NCBI GenBank assembly: GCA_027343695.1
Contig: DAHWKJ010000078.1
Location: forward strand, 8,290 to 72,289
Direction of reading: 5' to 3'
Length of the DNA: 64,000 bases
From: Sulfobacillus sp.
Lineage (GTDB): Bacteria > Bacillota > Sulfobacillia > Sulfobacillales > Sulfobacillaceae
Shown: piece after piece, positions 1-10,188 of the stretch
How positions within the stretch are numbered: the stretch's first letter is position 1
Layout of the letters: every line of letters begins with the position of its first letter
The notes under the pieces: model-generated
Database searches by the model: none
What the model was told of the DNA's origin: nothing
Seen by the model: only the letters and a program-made list of their open reading frames with translations
Made by a program: the position numbers and the translations under genes

Positions 1-1681
1 AGTCAAAGCGCTCGCTACGCCGCGATAAGGTAGAGATTCGAATCAGGATTTCTTCTCGAAAGGCGCGCTTGGCATTATCAGAAATCCCGATTTGTTCCTC
101 GATAGACCGCATTAACTTTTCGTCGGGATCGACTTCTTCGTCCGTAATCGGGTCGGTCATCTTGGATTTGTTGACATACGCCTCGATGTTGTCCAAGTAG
201 TTATTTAAAAGGGTCTGCGCGGACTCCTCGAAGGAATAGACAAAGGCCTTTTGGACTTCGATTTTGGCCAGTTCGTCATACTCTTTACGAGTTTCGTATA
301 TGAGGTTCAAGAGGCGGTCACGTTCATCGTGACTAATCCCGGTGTGCTGTTCTAATCCATCTTTGAGGGTTCGTAGGGCATCGAGAGGATTAATGCACTG
401 AATCCCGGGTTTAACTAAAGCGGTGGATAGTCGATTGATCACATAGCGAGGTGAAATGCCATCCATGCCCTCCAATGGAAACTCTTCTTTAAGTTCCCTT
501 ACATCTTTCGAGGTGTACCCCTCCACTGACTGTCCATCAAATAACTTCATCTTCTTGACTAACGACATGCCCTGCTTCTTGGAATCCTTGAGCCGAGACA
601 ACACTGCAAACATACTGGCGGCACGGAGCGTATGGGGAGCCAAGTGGACCCCGTTCAAGGCGGATTCACCAATCAGTTTCTGATAAATCCGCATCTCATC
701 GTGCACTTTCAAATTGTACGGGACTCGCACCAAAATCATGCGGTCCCGCAATGCCTCGTTTTTCTTGTTTTCAATGAAGTGCAAGTACTCCGTTTCGTTG
801 GTGTGACTGACAATCACCTCGTCGGCGTAGATCATGGCAAAGCGGCCGGTTTTGATGTTTTGTTCCTGGGATAAGGTCAATAGCCCATAGAGAAACTTCT
901 CGTCACTCTTGAGCATTTCGATAAACTCCATGAGACCACGATTAGCAATATTAAGTTCTCCGTCAAATCGATAGGCTCTGGGGTCTGACTCGGACCCAAA
1001 CTCTCCGATGGTCGCGAGATCAATACTTCCGGTAAGCTCGCTGATGTCTTGGCTTTTCGGATCGCTGGGAGAAAAGGTTCCGATCCCAATCCGAGCCTTT
1101 TCGGACAGCACCAATCGTTCAACGGGGAACTCCTCAATTCGCCCGTGGTACACCTCCTCCAGGCGTTGGGTACACACGGGGCACAAGTCCCCCTCAATAT
1201 AGAGATGAAAAGCCTCAGATATTTCTGGGCGTAGCGCTTCGGGAATCAGATGCAAAGGCTCTTCATGCATCGGGCATCCCGCCAGTGCATAGGTAGCTCC
1301 TTCGGGGGTCTTGCTGTATCGCTCGAGTCCTCGCTTGAGGAGGGCAACTAAGGTCGATTTGCCACCGCCCACCGGACCCATCAGCAAGAGAATACGTTTG
1401 CGGACTTCGAGTCGTTGGGCCGCGGAATGAAAGTATTCGACCAGTTGATCCAAGGATCGGTCCAATCCGAACAAGTCCTGGTCAAAAAATCTATACATAC
1501 GGGTTCCATCAGCGCGGGTTTCGATACCTGCTTCAGCAATCATGTCGAAGATGCGAGCGTGTGCGAGACGCGAAATCCTGGGATTTTCTCGCACCTGGTT
1601 AAAATATTCACGAAACGTACCCTGCCAGTTCATTTCGTTTTCTTGGTTATGATACGCATCGAGGCGAGCCCAAATATCCAT
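1..1681 (-). CDS. prkA: PrkA-family serine protein kinase, C-terminus cut by window edge
   Basis: Not in ORF track because there is no stop in the window. My translation from ATG 1679-1681 (AAAGGAGGG SD upstream) reads MDIWARLDAYHNQENEMNWQGTFREYF..., with Walker A 'LLLMGPVGGGKSTLV' and 'VPYNLKVHDEMRIYQKL'. The frame stays open to nt 2. Confidence 0.85.
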   Translation of the reverse strand, partial: MDIWARLDAYHNQENEMNWQGTFREYFNQVRENPRISRLAHARIFDMIAEAGIETRADGTRMYRFFDQDLFGLDRSLDQLVEYFHSAAQRLEVRKRILLLMGPVGGGKSTLVALLKRGLERYSKTPEGATYALAGCPMHEEPLHLIPEALRPEISEAFHLYIEGDLCPVCTQRLEEVYHGRIEEFPVERLVLSEKARIGIGTFSPSDPKSQDISELTGSIDLATIGEFGSESDPRAYRFDGELNIANRGLMEFIEMLKSDEKFLYGLLTLSQEQNIKTGRFAMIYADEVIVSHTNETEYLHFIENKKNEALRDRMILVRVPYNLKVHDEMRIYQKLIGESALNGVHLAPHTLRAASMFAVLSRLKDSKKQGMSLVKKMKLFDGQSVEGYTSKDVRELKEEFPLEGMDGISPRYVINRLSTALVKPGIQCINPLDALRTLKDGLEQHTGISHDERDRLLNLIYETRKEYDELAKIEVQKAFVYSFEESAQTLLNNYLDNIEAYVNKSKMTDPITDEEVDPDEKLMRSIEEQIGISDNAKRAFREEILIRISTLSRRSERFD

Positions 1682-1756
1682 GGATGAAGTTCCCTCCTTT
1701 TCCGTGAGGTGGTGGCGTGAGGGCCTAGCCGACCTCCAGCTGGGTCCGAATGAGTG

Positions 1757-3076
1757 TTACAAAGTGGCCTTAGTGTGCGTTTGGCCGTCATAACTCAGAA
1801 CGAGGTGACGTCCCCCGGTTTGGGTCTCTAGATGAACGGGACGCCCCCATAAGGTCTGAACATGTTGCAGGGTGCGTTCGGCGTACGGAAGATCGAGGTC
1901 AATGCCTTCGTGTCGATGAATGAGGTAGAGTTCGCCGCGACGATGAAAATCTCCATCTTCAACTTCGATGACCGGGATTCCCGCATGAACCAAGGACGTC
2001 ACTAATTGGTTTCGGACTTCTTCCCAGTGACGGGTCTTGACCACGATCTGGTCGTGGTCCACGCCATACAGATACAAGTGGAGATCGGCAACCAACGACT
2101 CGGTCAGGTAATTGCGGATGAAGCTGACATCATCATCGACACTGCGGGCTAGAAAGATGGCATCGTCTCCTTGGCGCTCTGCTAAATCACGAAAGATGGC
2201 ATAGCCCATGGCATAGGGGTTTAGTTGGTACGGGATTGGGGCGGTCACCGAGGCATGGAGTCGGGCGTAGTTGACCACATCGGCATCATTCAAATGGAGT
2301 TGCCGCATGAGTCTTAAGTGCCAGTAACTGGCCCAGCCTTCATTCATGATCTTGGTACGCATTTGGGGCCAAAAGTAAAGCATCTCGTCACGAACCATAC
2401 CGAGTATATCCCGCTCCCAATCGTCTAATTGGTCGCTAAAGGTCATGATATACCGCAACACGTCCCGATCGCCACGGTCATGAGGACGTATCTCATAAGA
2501 TCGAGTCGAGGTCTCAGGTTTCCAAAGCTGACTCCATTCGGGATCTTGACGTAACATCGCCGGCATCCTTTCGCGCCGGGTGAGCGGCGGATTGGGTGGT
2601 ACCACATGCTCTTGGATTGCCAACGCCGCGTCTAATAGGCCTTCCACCTCGGGCTTGCCGAACTCAAACTCATACTGTCGTACTCGTTCTGCGTGCCGGG
2701 ACACCACGTCGAGCATATCACGCTGGGTTTGGCTAAAATGCACGTTGTGGCGGAAGAAGTCGACGTGACCCATTACGTGGGCCCGGACAAAAGTGTTTTC
2801 GAGATCCGAGTTACTGTCCAACAAAAACGCATACGCAGGGTCCGCATTAATCACCATCTCGTAGAGTTTATTCAATCCATAGTCGTAACGGGTCTTCATG
2901 GCATGATACGCCTTGCCATAGGACCAGTGTGACATCCGCCCCGGGATTAGGTAGGCAGCAAACTCGTACAGCACGCTCGCGGGGACCACTTCACAATGCA
3001 CGGCAAAGGGATCTAACCCCTGGCTTTTGGCGAGGTCCCAGATTTGCTGGTCGGTCGGATACGAGCGGGAGTCCAT
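1757..3076 (-). CDS. spoVR: SpoVR/YcgB-family protein (stage V sporulation protein R)
   Basis: 439-aa ORF with SpoVR blocks 'GRMSHWSYGKAY' and 'IMNEGWASYWH'. It starts 3 nt after the yhbH stop. Confidence 0.9.
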   Translation of the reverse strand: MDSRSYPTDQQIWDLAKSQGLDPFAVHCEVVPASVLYEFAAYLIPGRMSHWSYGKAYHAMKTRYDYGLNKLYEMVINADPAYAFLLDSNSDLENTFVRAHVMGHVDFFRHNVHFSQTQRDMLDVVSRHAERVRQYEFEFGKPEVEGLLDAALAIQEHVVPPNPPLTRRERMPAMLRQDPEWSQLWKPETSTRSYEIRPHDRGDRDVLRYIMTFSDQLDDWERDILGMVRDEMLYFWPQMRTKIMNEGWASYWHLRLMRQLHLNDADVVNYARLHASVTAPIPYQLNPYAMGYAIFRDLAERQGDDAIFLARSVDDDVSFIRNYLTESLVADLHLYLYGVDHDQIVVKTRHWEEVRNQLVTSLVHAGIPVIEVEDGDFHRRGELYLIHRHEGIDLDLPYAERTLQHVQTLWGRPVHLETQTGGRHLVLSYDGQTHTKATL

Positions 3077-3079
3077 CCC

Positions 3080-4222
3080 CTATCCCTCCTCTGTTCGGGG
3101 AAAGAATTTTTTGAGAGCCGTATAGATATCTTGTTTGGCGCCGATTGTCACCGTCTGAAACCGTGGATGCCGTAATTTGGAAAACGCCGACATGAGGGTG
3201 CTCGTATATCCTCCTTCGCGAATCTCTGCATATCCAAACACGTTGACCACGGGCAACATGGCTTCAAGGTACTCGACGGTGCGTCGGTTGTCGGCATCGG
3301 ACCAATTGTCGCCATCGGAAAAATGCATTGGATAGATATTCCAACGGTGTGGCGGATAGCGGGCTTGAATAACATCCCAGCATAACTCGTAGGCCGACGA
3401 GACCTTGGTGCCACCACTTTCTCCTAACTGAAAAAATTCATCCTGGCTCACTTCACGAGCTTGGGTATGGTGGACGATAAACACGACGTCCACGGACTGA
3501 TACTGACTGCGCAAAAACCGTAACATCCAGAAAGCGAAGGTGCGGGCGGTTTGCTTTTTAAAGTCGCCCATCGATCCCGAAATGTCCCGCATCGCAATTA
3601 CTACGGCGTTGTTATCCTCGACCGTGGTCTCCACCCAGGTTTTAAACCGTAAGTCGTCCGGATTCCATTGCCCGAGACCCGGCTGTCCCTGTCGCGCGTG
3701 ACGCAATAGGTTCTCTTTGAGACTACGGCGTTTGTCCAAATTACCCATGAGGCCACGTTTACTGATGTCTCGGAACTTAAACGCGGGTTGCGGCAATATT
3801 GACTGGACCTTAGGTTTAAGATACGGAAGGCCGAGTTCTTCAAACAGGAGGTCGGAGATGTCGTCGAGAGACACATTGGCTTCGATATAGTCGATTCCTG
3901 GCATTTCCCCGGGTGAACCCGGGCCCTGCCCGGGCCCGCGGGGCGTTGGTCCAGGAATCTGTCCTAAGACGTCACCAGGCTTCAATTCTCCCTGGTCTTG
4001 GGCGGGCCGGTCCGCCTGCCACGGGTTAAATCGAAATCGATATTCTTCGAGATTGCGGATGGGTACCCGAACGACGCGGTCTCCATTTGCCGTCACAATG
4101 CTATCTTCGGTAATCAGATCCGGGAGTTGTTGTTTGAGTGCTTCTTTGATCTTTTGTTGATGGCGTGCTTGATCTGTGGAGCCTTTGCGTTGTAACGTCC
4201 AGTCCGGAACGTACCCGGCCAT
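3080..4222 (-). CDS. yhbH: YhbH/YeaH (DUF444) sporulation protein
   Basis: 380-aa ORF with basic N-terminus 'RHQQKIKEALKQQLPDLI' and vWA-like 'VVIAMRDISGSMGDFK'. GGAAAGGGGGG SD precedes ATG 4222. Confidence 0.88.
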   Translation of the reverse strand: MAGYVPDWTLQRKGSTDQARHQQKIKEALKQQLPDLITEDSIVTANGDRVVRVPIRNLEEYRFRFNPWQADRPAQDQGELKPGDVLGQIPGPTPRGPGQGPGSPGEMPGIDYIEANVSLDDISDLLFEELGLPYLKPKVQSILPQPAFKFRDISKRGLMGNLDKRRSLKENLLRHARQGQPGLGQWNPDDLRFKTWVETTVEDNNAVVIAMRDISGSMGDFKKQTARTFAFWMLRFLRSQYQSVDVVFIVHHTQAREVSQDEFFQLGESGGTKVSSAYELCWDVIQARYPPHRWNIYPMHFSDGDNWSDADNRRTVEYLEAMLPVVNVFGYAEIREGGYTSTLMSAFSKLRHPRFQTVTIGAKQDIYTALKKFFPRTEEG

Positions 4223-4553
4223 GTGATGACCCCCCTTTCCTCGAGAGCAGGTAATAACATCCTATGCACGAGCCGCGTGATTTTGCATATATCTTCGGGA
4301 TTCGTGCTCGTCCGACTACGAGGGGTCTTTGTACGGGAACCAACCTTGGCGCAATCTCGGCGGTCGCGAAGAGAGTTCGAGTGATTGCTCGAGTCCGCCT
4401 GTGTCGTTTGGTTCCTGCCCAAACTGGGTACCCAGGCTCTTTGTCACCCTTTAAGTGACGCGGGCGTTATGTGGGGTAACGAGGAAAAAACGCTGGAATA
4501 AATAGAATCCGGGTGAGGCACCATCCACGTCACCCGCCACGGAGGTCTCTCCC

Positions 4554-5729
4554 ATGTCGAAGCAGAACGTCGTACGAGCAGTCTTGATTCTATTCGCCGG
4601 TGCGCTGATGGTCGGGTGTGGTCGTGGGGTAACAGTGGCCACGACGCCTTTGGAGGCTCCGATCCCACGCTTGCAACGCATCCACATGGTGTCCGCTCAG
4701 GTCGGGTGGGCTTTAAGCGCTACGAACCTCTATCACACCCAAGATGGAGGCCAACGTTGGATCCAGGTGCAGGTGCTCCCGCTTCCCTCGCAGCGGTTGA
4801 TGCCCGCCCAATGGGCCTTTGTGAATCCCGCGCAAGCCGTGATGGTCTATAGCCGACCCAATGGCACCATTGTCCAAAAAGAAACATTCAATAGTGGACG
4901 GACTTGGATTCGACGCACGATCGCGTCCCCGTTTGGCCACTTCGGTGGATCGCCGGTACCCACGCAGATCACGTTTCTCACGCCGCAGCACGGATGGTTG
5001 TTGCTCGCCCCGATTCAAGGGATGAATTCGGCAACCGGAGCTCTCCTAAACACCACTAACGGAGGCGCCTCTTGGACCGTTGAAGTCAACAATACAACCA
5101 CGAATGCAACGCCGCCGTTGGGTCGTGCCGCCGTGCAGTTCTCTAGTTTGACGGAGGGTTGGTTGGTGGCCTCCGCGACCTCGACCACGTCGGCCACCTT
5201 GTATCGCACGACCGACGCGGGCATTCAATGGGAATCGGAAGCGTCGTGGATTCGTCCAGATCAAAACAGTCCATTGATTCCTCCCATTCAACAAAGATCG
5301 CAGGTGCTGCTCCCTAGTGTTCTTACGTCTCGGGTCGGCATCGTTAAGGGGATGACGCTCTGGCGGTCTGACACGGCTGGGGCCACGTGGACGCGGACAA
5401 CAAATCTCCAGCCCGTGTTGCCGGCCGTACTCAATAACGAAGATCACTGGGTCCACCCGGATTTTGTGTCGCTTACGACCGGATGGGCCGCCGGACCGCA
5501 TGGGTTGGTCTACACCACGAATGGTGGGCGCAACTGGGCGGTTCAGAATATGAATCCCAAAGGCGTAACCCTGCCCACATCGGCTCGAATTCAAATGATC
5601 CAATTTTTCTCAACGCGTATCGGCACGGTGTTTGTAGCCACCCCACACTTTCATCAAGAATGGTTGTTGGCGACGACCGACGGCGGCCACGAGTGGCAGA
5701 TTGTCTTCAAGAAATCGTCGCTAAGCTAA
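4554..5729 (+). CDS. BNR/Ycf48-like beta-propeller lipoprotein
   Basis: 391-aa ORF with a signal peptide and lipobox 'LMVGC'. Seven spaced Asp-box-like repeats are present: TQDGGQRW, FNSGRTW, TNGGASW, TTDAGIQW, SDTAGATW, TNGGRNW, TTDGGHEW. Confidence 0.7.
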   Translation: MSKQNVVRAVLILFAGALMVGCGRGVTVATTPLEAPIPRLQRIHMVSAQVGWALSATNLYHTQDGGQRWIQVQVLPLPSQRLMPAQWAFVNPAQAVMVYSRPNGTIVQKETFNSGRTWIRRTIASPFGHFGGSPVPTQITFLTPQHGWLLLAPIQGMNSATGALLNTTNGGASWTVEVNNTTTNATPPLGRAAVQFSSLTEGWLVASATSTTSATLYRTTDAGIQWESEASWIRPDQNSPLIPPIQQRSQVLLPSVLTSRVGIVKGMTLWRSDTAGATWTRTTNLQPVLPAVLNNEDHWVHPDFVSLTTGWAAGPHGLVYTTNGGRNWAVQNMNPKGVTLPTSARIQMIQFFSTRIGTVFVATPHFHQEWLLATTDGGHEWQIVFKKSSLS

Positions 5730-5741
5730 AACTCATCGACG

Positions 5742-7880
5742 CTAAGATTGGGTCGGATCATCAAAAAGTCGATGAAATTGCTCGACGGTGAGCCGCACTT
5801 CGCGCGACTTGGAGCCTTCCTGGGGGCCAATGAAACCGCGTTCTTCCATGGAATCGATGAGACGGGCGGCACGCGTGTAACCGACCCGCATACGCCGTTG
5901 TAACATCGACGTGGATGCCTGGCGGCTTTCCACGACTATCTGCACGGCGTCGTGAAAGAGACTATCGGTTTCTTCAATAGGCGATTCTCGTCCGGTTCCG
6001 GTCGGCACAAATTCGAGAGGCTCGGGTCGCCCATCTTCCCGATATTGCTCCGCGAGATACGACACAATGGACTCGATTTCTTTCTCATGAATGAATGCCC
6101 CTTGAATCCGGAGTGGCTTACTGGCGCCCAGGGGATGAAACAACATGTCCCCTTTACCCAGGAGTTTTTCTGCACCGGCTGCGTCAAGAATGGTGCGGGA
6201 ATCCACCTGGCTGGAGACGGCAAACGCGATCCGACTGGCAATGTTGGCCTTGATAGTTCCAGTAATAACGTCGACCGATGGCCGTTGTGTCGCGACCACG
6301 AGGTGCAATCCGGCAGCCCGGGCCATTTGGGCTAGACGTGCAATAGATTCTTCGACTTCGGTGGGAGCCACCATCATCAGGTCGGCCAACTCATCAATTA
6401 CAATAACGATCAGCGGTAAGCGGTCCTCTGCCCCTTGGTTGTACCGTGCAATGTCGCGCACCCCCGCGTCGGCAAAGAGGCGATAGCGTCGTTCCATTTC
6501 CGCCACGGCCCAGCGCAACGCACCGGCAGCCTTTTTAGGATCCGTGACTACCGGACTTAATAAGTGCGGGATTCCGTTGTAGACGGATAACTCTACGACT
6601 TTCGGATCGATCAGTAGAAGTCGGGCCACCTCAGGGCTTGTCCGATACAAGAGACTTGTGATTAACACGTTGATGAGCACACTCTTGCCGGAACCGGTGG
6701 ATCCGGCTACAAGGAGATGGGGCATCTGATCGAGGCCCGCAATCACGGGAGACCCGGCAACGTCCCGTCCAAGGGCTACGGTTAAGGGCGATTGTGCGGT
6801 GCGATACGCCGTGCTCTCAATGACTTCACGCAGGAGAACCGGCGTGATTTCTTGATTGGGGACTTCGATGCCCACTGCGGACTTTCCGGGAATTGGGGCT
6901 TCAATCCGAACGCCCGTCGCCGCGAGCGACAAGGCAATATCATCTGCGAGATTTACAATCCGGGACACTTTGACTCCGGGTGGTGGGATGATTTCGAATC
7001 GCGTGATGGTGGGCCCTTGATTGACTTCTCCCAGGGTGACATCAATTCCAAATTGGCGTAATGCGGTCGCCAGGGTTTCTGCTCGCTCCATGGGCGAGGG
7101 CCCACGGGACGTTCCGCTAGGCAACTTCGCTTCGGCCAACAATTTTAGAGGCGGGGGCGCATAATTGACGCCATGCGTGATGAAGGGAACCGGAGGTTGC
7201 GGGGCCGGAGGTGTTGGCGCCGCCGCGACGACCTGGCGGTTCGATACGGGACTAGACACTTTGGGTAAAGCGGTTTCTTGTGGCTTGGTGCGGGCGTTAT
7301 GGGGCTTGGCCGAATTCGGGGCTGGCGCAATCTCTTCTACCGGATAAATCCATTCAGTAAGGGCATGCCACGCGCGGCCGAGCGATTGTTGCAAGCGCGT
7401 CATGAGGTGGCCGGTGCCGCGGCTCATGGTGTGCGAACCGGATAATAGACTTTCCCCACTCCAAAGCAACACGACCAAAATCCATAGCACTAGACTCAGT
7501 AAGATGCCACCGGGTGTCGCAATTAATGTGCGTACCCCCGTGACCATCCATTGCCCCAAGTGCCCGGCTGAGTACTTATGTAGCATCCCAACGTCTAGAG
7601 AAATCGCCAGATAGCCAATAAAGATCGCCCAACCCCGTCGGTGCGCGGTCAAAGGAGGGCGGTTTAATAATCTAAGACTGCCCGTGATGACAATGACGGC
7701 TGGGACGGCCCAAGCGATGATTCCGAAACACCAATCTAGACCCGCCCCAAGATCTTTTCCGATGAGACCACTATGGGTAAAGATGAGGGCGAAATAGCCT
7801 AGGATGCCTAATGCGATTAGGACAACCCCTCCCATTTCGCGGCGCATGTCTTCTGTAATTTGCTTCAGTACTGCGTGCAT
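5742..7880 (-). CDS. ftsK: DNA translocase FtsK/SpoIIIE
   Basis: 712 aa with N-terminal TM helices and a Pro-rich linker. Walker A 'GSTGSGKS', Walker B '[12 protein letters not shown]', and a C-terminal gamma winged helix '[27 protein letters not shown]'. Confidence 0.93.
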   Translation of the reverse strand: MHAVLKQITEDMRREMGGVVLIALGILGYFALIFTHSGLIGKDLGAGLDWCFGIIAWAVPAVIVITGSLRLLNRPPLTAHRRGWAIFIGYLAISLDVGMLHKYSAGHLGQWMVTGVRTLIATPGGILLSLVLWILVVLLWSGESLLSGSHTMSRGTGHLMTRLQQSLGRAWHALTEWIYPVEEIAPAPNSAKPHNARTKPQETALPKVSSPVSNRQVVAAAPTPPAPQPPVPFITHGVNYAPPPLKLLAEAKLPSGTSRGPSPMERAETLATALRQFGIDVTLGEVNQGPTITRFEIIPPPGVKVSRIVNLADDIALSLAATGVRIEAPIPGKSAVGIEVPNQEITPVLLREVIESTAYRTAQSPLTVALGRDVAGSPVIAGLDQMPHLLVAGSTGSGKSVLINVLITSLLYRTSPEVARLLLIDPKVVELSVYNGIPHLLSPVVTDPKKAAGALRWAVAEMERRYRLFADAGVRDIARYNQGAEDRLPLIVIVIDELADLMMVAPTEVEESIARLAQMARAAGLHLVVATQRPSVDVITGTIKANIASRIAFAVSSQVDSRTILDAAGAEKLLGKGDMLFHPLGASKPLRIQGAFIHEKEIESIVSYLAEQYREDGRPEPLEFVPTGTGRESPIEETDSLFHDAVQIVVESRQASTSMLQRRMRVGYTRAARLIDSMEERGFIGPQEGSKSREVRLTVEQFHRLFDDPTQS

Positions 7881-7883
7881 CCA

Positions 7884-8660
7884 TTAGCCTCCGAGCCACC
7901 AAGTCAGTATCGCCATGCCAAAGGTGTATAATCCAAAACGGCGCCAAACACGTGGGCGTTTTAACGCACTCTTTACCCATTTTATCGCAAATAACCCCGA
8001 GATGGCAGCTACAATAGTGCCTGATAGCGCGAAAGGGGTGCTAAAGGGATGTTGCAATGGATGGCGCCACCAGGTGAGGACAAACGCCCCACTCAAGACG
8101 GGAATTGCGAGATAAAAAGAAAATTGGGCGCACGTCTCGGGACTGAGGCGAAACAGCCTGCCCATAAAGATGGTAGAGCCCGATCGTGAAAGCCCTGGCC
8201 ACAGGGCTAAGGACTGCATGGTGCCAATGGCCAACACTTCCCACGGGGCGAGGGATTCAATAGATCGATAAGGGTCCGAGGTCGGTACGGGAGTAAGCCA
8301 TAGGAGAAGGCTCGTTACGGCCCATCCGACAATGACGGCCGAAGGAATGAAATAGGCAACCACCCGGTCTTCGAAAAAATACCCGAGGGCCGCGGCCGGG
8401 AGTGTCGCCAGAAACACGTGGTAGAGCAGTTGTCGCGCCGGATAGCTGCCCTGAAACAGGTCGTGGGTCCACTGCCATAGTTCTTGGCGATAGCCCACCA
8501 CAATCGCGATTAAGGTGCCCAGGTGAAGCGCCACTTCTAAGCTAGCACCGGGAGCTGGGAGCGCAAACCAATATTTGACGACGATTAGGTGTCCCGAGGA
8601 ACTGATGGGTAAAAATTCGGTCAGGCCTTGGACCAGACCTAAGAACCATACGCGCCACAT
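7884..8660 (-). CDS. uppP: Undecaprenyl-diphosphate phosphatase (BacA/UppP)
   Basis: 258-aa polytopic ORF with the BacA signature 'EFLPISSSGHL'. AGGAGG SD precedes ATG 8660. Confidence 0.92.
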   Translation of the reverse strand: MWRVWFLGLVQGLTEFLPISSSGHLIVVKYWFALPAPGASLEVALHLGTLIAIVVGYRQELWQWTHDLFQGSYPARQLLYHVFLATLPAAALGYFFEDRVVAYFIPSAVIVGWAVTSLLLWLTPVPTSDPYRSIESLAPWEVLAIGTMQSLALWPGLSRSGSTIFMGRLFRLSPETCAQFSFYLAIPVLSGAFVLTWWRHPLQHPFSTPFALSGTIVAAISGLFAIKWVKSALKRPRVWRRFGLYTFGMAILTWWLGG

Positions 8661-8738
8661 GAGCCCGGACCTCCTTATACTAAGAGGTATGGCTCATGCG
8701 GCAAAGTATGTCCCATAGAATTTTCAGGCGCATGGTCC

Positions 8739-8942
8739 CTACATACTGAGCACTGTGCGTGGGGTGAACCGCGGGTCTAAATAATCTACGGGATCCGTGG
8801 ACATAAGGCGCTCCAGACGCGTAATGCCATCGGGTCCGCGGCGCCCTAAGCAGAGGCGGCCTTGTACCTGCATCTCAATAAAGGGGTGTTCGTCGAATTC
8901 CTGGGGAAACACTGATTCGAAGGGATAGATCGTGTAGAGCAT
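8739..8942 (-). CDS. ylzJ: YlzJ-like small protein
   Basis: Internal ATG (codon 44 of the 110-aa track ORF) preceded by AAGGAGAG. The 67-aa product reads 'MLYTIYPFESVFPQEF...STDPVDYLDPRFTP'. Its position after tepA matches B. subtilis tepA-ylzJ-spoIIIE. Confidence 0.55.
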   Translation of the reverse strand: MLYTIYPFESVFPQEFDEHPFIEMQVQGRLCLGRRGPDGITRLERLMSTDPVDYLDPRFTPRTVLSM

Positions 8943-8967
8943 TGTGGCTCTCCTTTCTTGGCATAGA

Positions 8968-9738
8968 TTAGTTGGCTGCTTTCTTGGTGCTATGTGCGCG
9001 ACGGGCTTTCCGTTTTTCGTGAAGTAGCTCTTGCATCTTGGCCAAGGCATCTTCGATTCCACCCACGGCATGGATTAAGCCTACGTCCACCGCATCATGG
9101 CCGACGAGCACGGTGCCAATGTCTCGGGCCAACTCACCGGTTCGAAACATCAGTTCTCGGTATTTGTCCGTCGTAATGCGTGAATGTCCCGTGACAAATT
9201 TGACCACTCGGTCCTGCATTTTATCCAAGTATTCATAGGTTTGTGGGACACCAATCACTAACCCATTCATGCGGATCGGATGCACGGTCATGGTGGCGGT
9301 GGGTGCAATAAAACTATAGTCCGCGGCGACCGCGACTGGACCTCCGATGGAGTGGCCGCCACCGAGCACCAGAGAAACCGTGGGCTTAGACAGGCTGGCA
9401 ATCATTTCGGCAAGCGCCAGACCTGCTTCCACGTCTCCCCCTACGGTGTTCAGCACCAACAAAAGGCCTTTGATGTCCCGGTTTTCTTCAATCGCTACCA
9501 GTTGTGGAATGACGTGTTCGTACTTGGTCGTTTTGTTTTGAGCCGGCAACACCATGTGACCCTCAATTTGTCCAATGATGACTAAGGTATGGATAGCCGA
9601 TTTTGTGTTTGTGACTTTATTCGGTTCGATGGGACTCGGTGCCTCGGTCGGCAACTCGTCCTGATTGGATCGCCTTTTCTTACTGGGCTCGACGCTCGGT
9701 GTTTCTTCGGCCCGCAAGCCTTGATATGCACGGCGCAT
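8968..9738 (-). CDS. tepA: ClpP-family protein TepA (translocation-enhancing protein)
   Basis: 256 aa with a ClpP/crotonase fold: '[21 protein letters not shown]' and '[16 protein letters not shown]'. Lys/Pro-rich N-terminal extension. AAGGGAGG SD is present. Confidence 0.8.
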   Translation of the reverse strand: MRRAYQGLRAEETPSVEPSKKRRSNQDELPTEAPSPIEPNKVTNTKSAIHTLVIIGQIEGHMVLPAQNKTTKYEHVIPQLVAIEENRDIKGLLLVLNTVGGDVEAGLALAEMIASLSKPTVSLVLGGGHSIGGPVAVAADYSFIAPTATMTVHPIRMNGLVIGVPQTYEYLDKMQDRVVKFVTGHSRITTDKYRELMFRTGELARDIGTVLVGHDAVDVGLIHAVGGIEDALAKMQELLHEKRKARRAHSTKKAAN

Positions 9739-9846
9739 ACGCTGCCTGCCTCCCTTAGTAGATCGTGCTGTTCGTAGTGTGGGGGTTTAGTGGGGTTTTA
9801 ATACGTAAAGCGGTGCATACATCTGTAAGTAAAGGAGGGACAAGAC

Positions 9847-10188
9847 ATGACACGGATGTCGTGGGACCTCATCGAACGTCTCTGGAGAATTGCTATTCCC
9901 CCGTTATTTCTCGCGTTAGGCGTAACGCTGGGAGGCGGCCTCATCGGATCACTTGGCACATGGATGGCCGGACGCGGTCCCGGGGATCCGGTGACGACAT
10001 CCTATCGGATTCGGATTTGGGCCGTCGCTATCGCGATCGGCGGGACACTCACGGCGTTCGAAAATCTAGAGCGTGGTCTTTCGGCCCGTGCGGTACCTGC
10101 TGTGGTGCGCGACGGGATCGGTATTGTGGCCGCGTATTTTGGAGCCCAGTGGGGATATTGGCTACTACGGTGGGTGGTTGGGCTGTGA
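9847..10188 (+). CDS. ytrH: Sporulation membrane protein YtrH
   Basis: 113-aa ORF behind a strong AAAGGAGGG SD. It is a small TM protein with 'GVTLGGGLIGSLG...IWAVAIAIGGTLTAFENLERGL', as in the YtrH family. Confidence 0.7.
   Translation: MTRMSWDLIERLWRIAIPPLFLALGVTLGGGLIGSLGTWMAGRGPGDPVTTSYRIRIWAVAIAIGGTLTAFENLERGLSARAVPAVVRDGIGIVAAYFGAQWGYWLLRWVVGL

Noticed and set aside
5046-5603. A 185-aa minus-strand ORF antisense to the BNR lipoprotein gene.
   Set aside because: It is Arg/Gly/Pro-rich with no SD. The + strand frame has a signal peptide, a lipobox and repeated Asp-boxes.
9781-9846. A sigma-E promoter for ytrH (GCATACATC resembles the CATACAHT -10).
   Set aside because: The only ATA-containing -35 candidate (TAATACG) lies about 10 nt upstream instead of the expected ~14. 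I left it unannotated.
9765-10184. The N-terminal 140 codons of track ORF 9765..10658, which overlap ytrH in another frame.
   Set aside because: This part is Arg/Ser/Gly-rich and starts at GTG without an SD. The overlapping ytrH frame has a strong SD and a recognisable family pattern. Only the part from GTG 10185 is kept, as ytrI.
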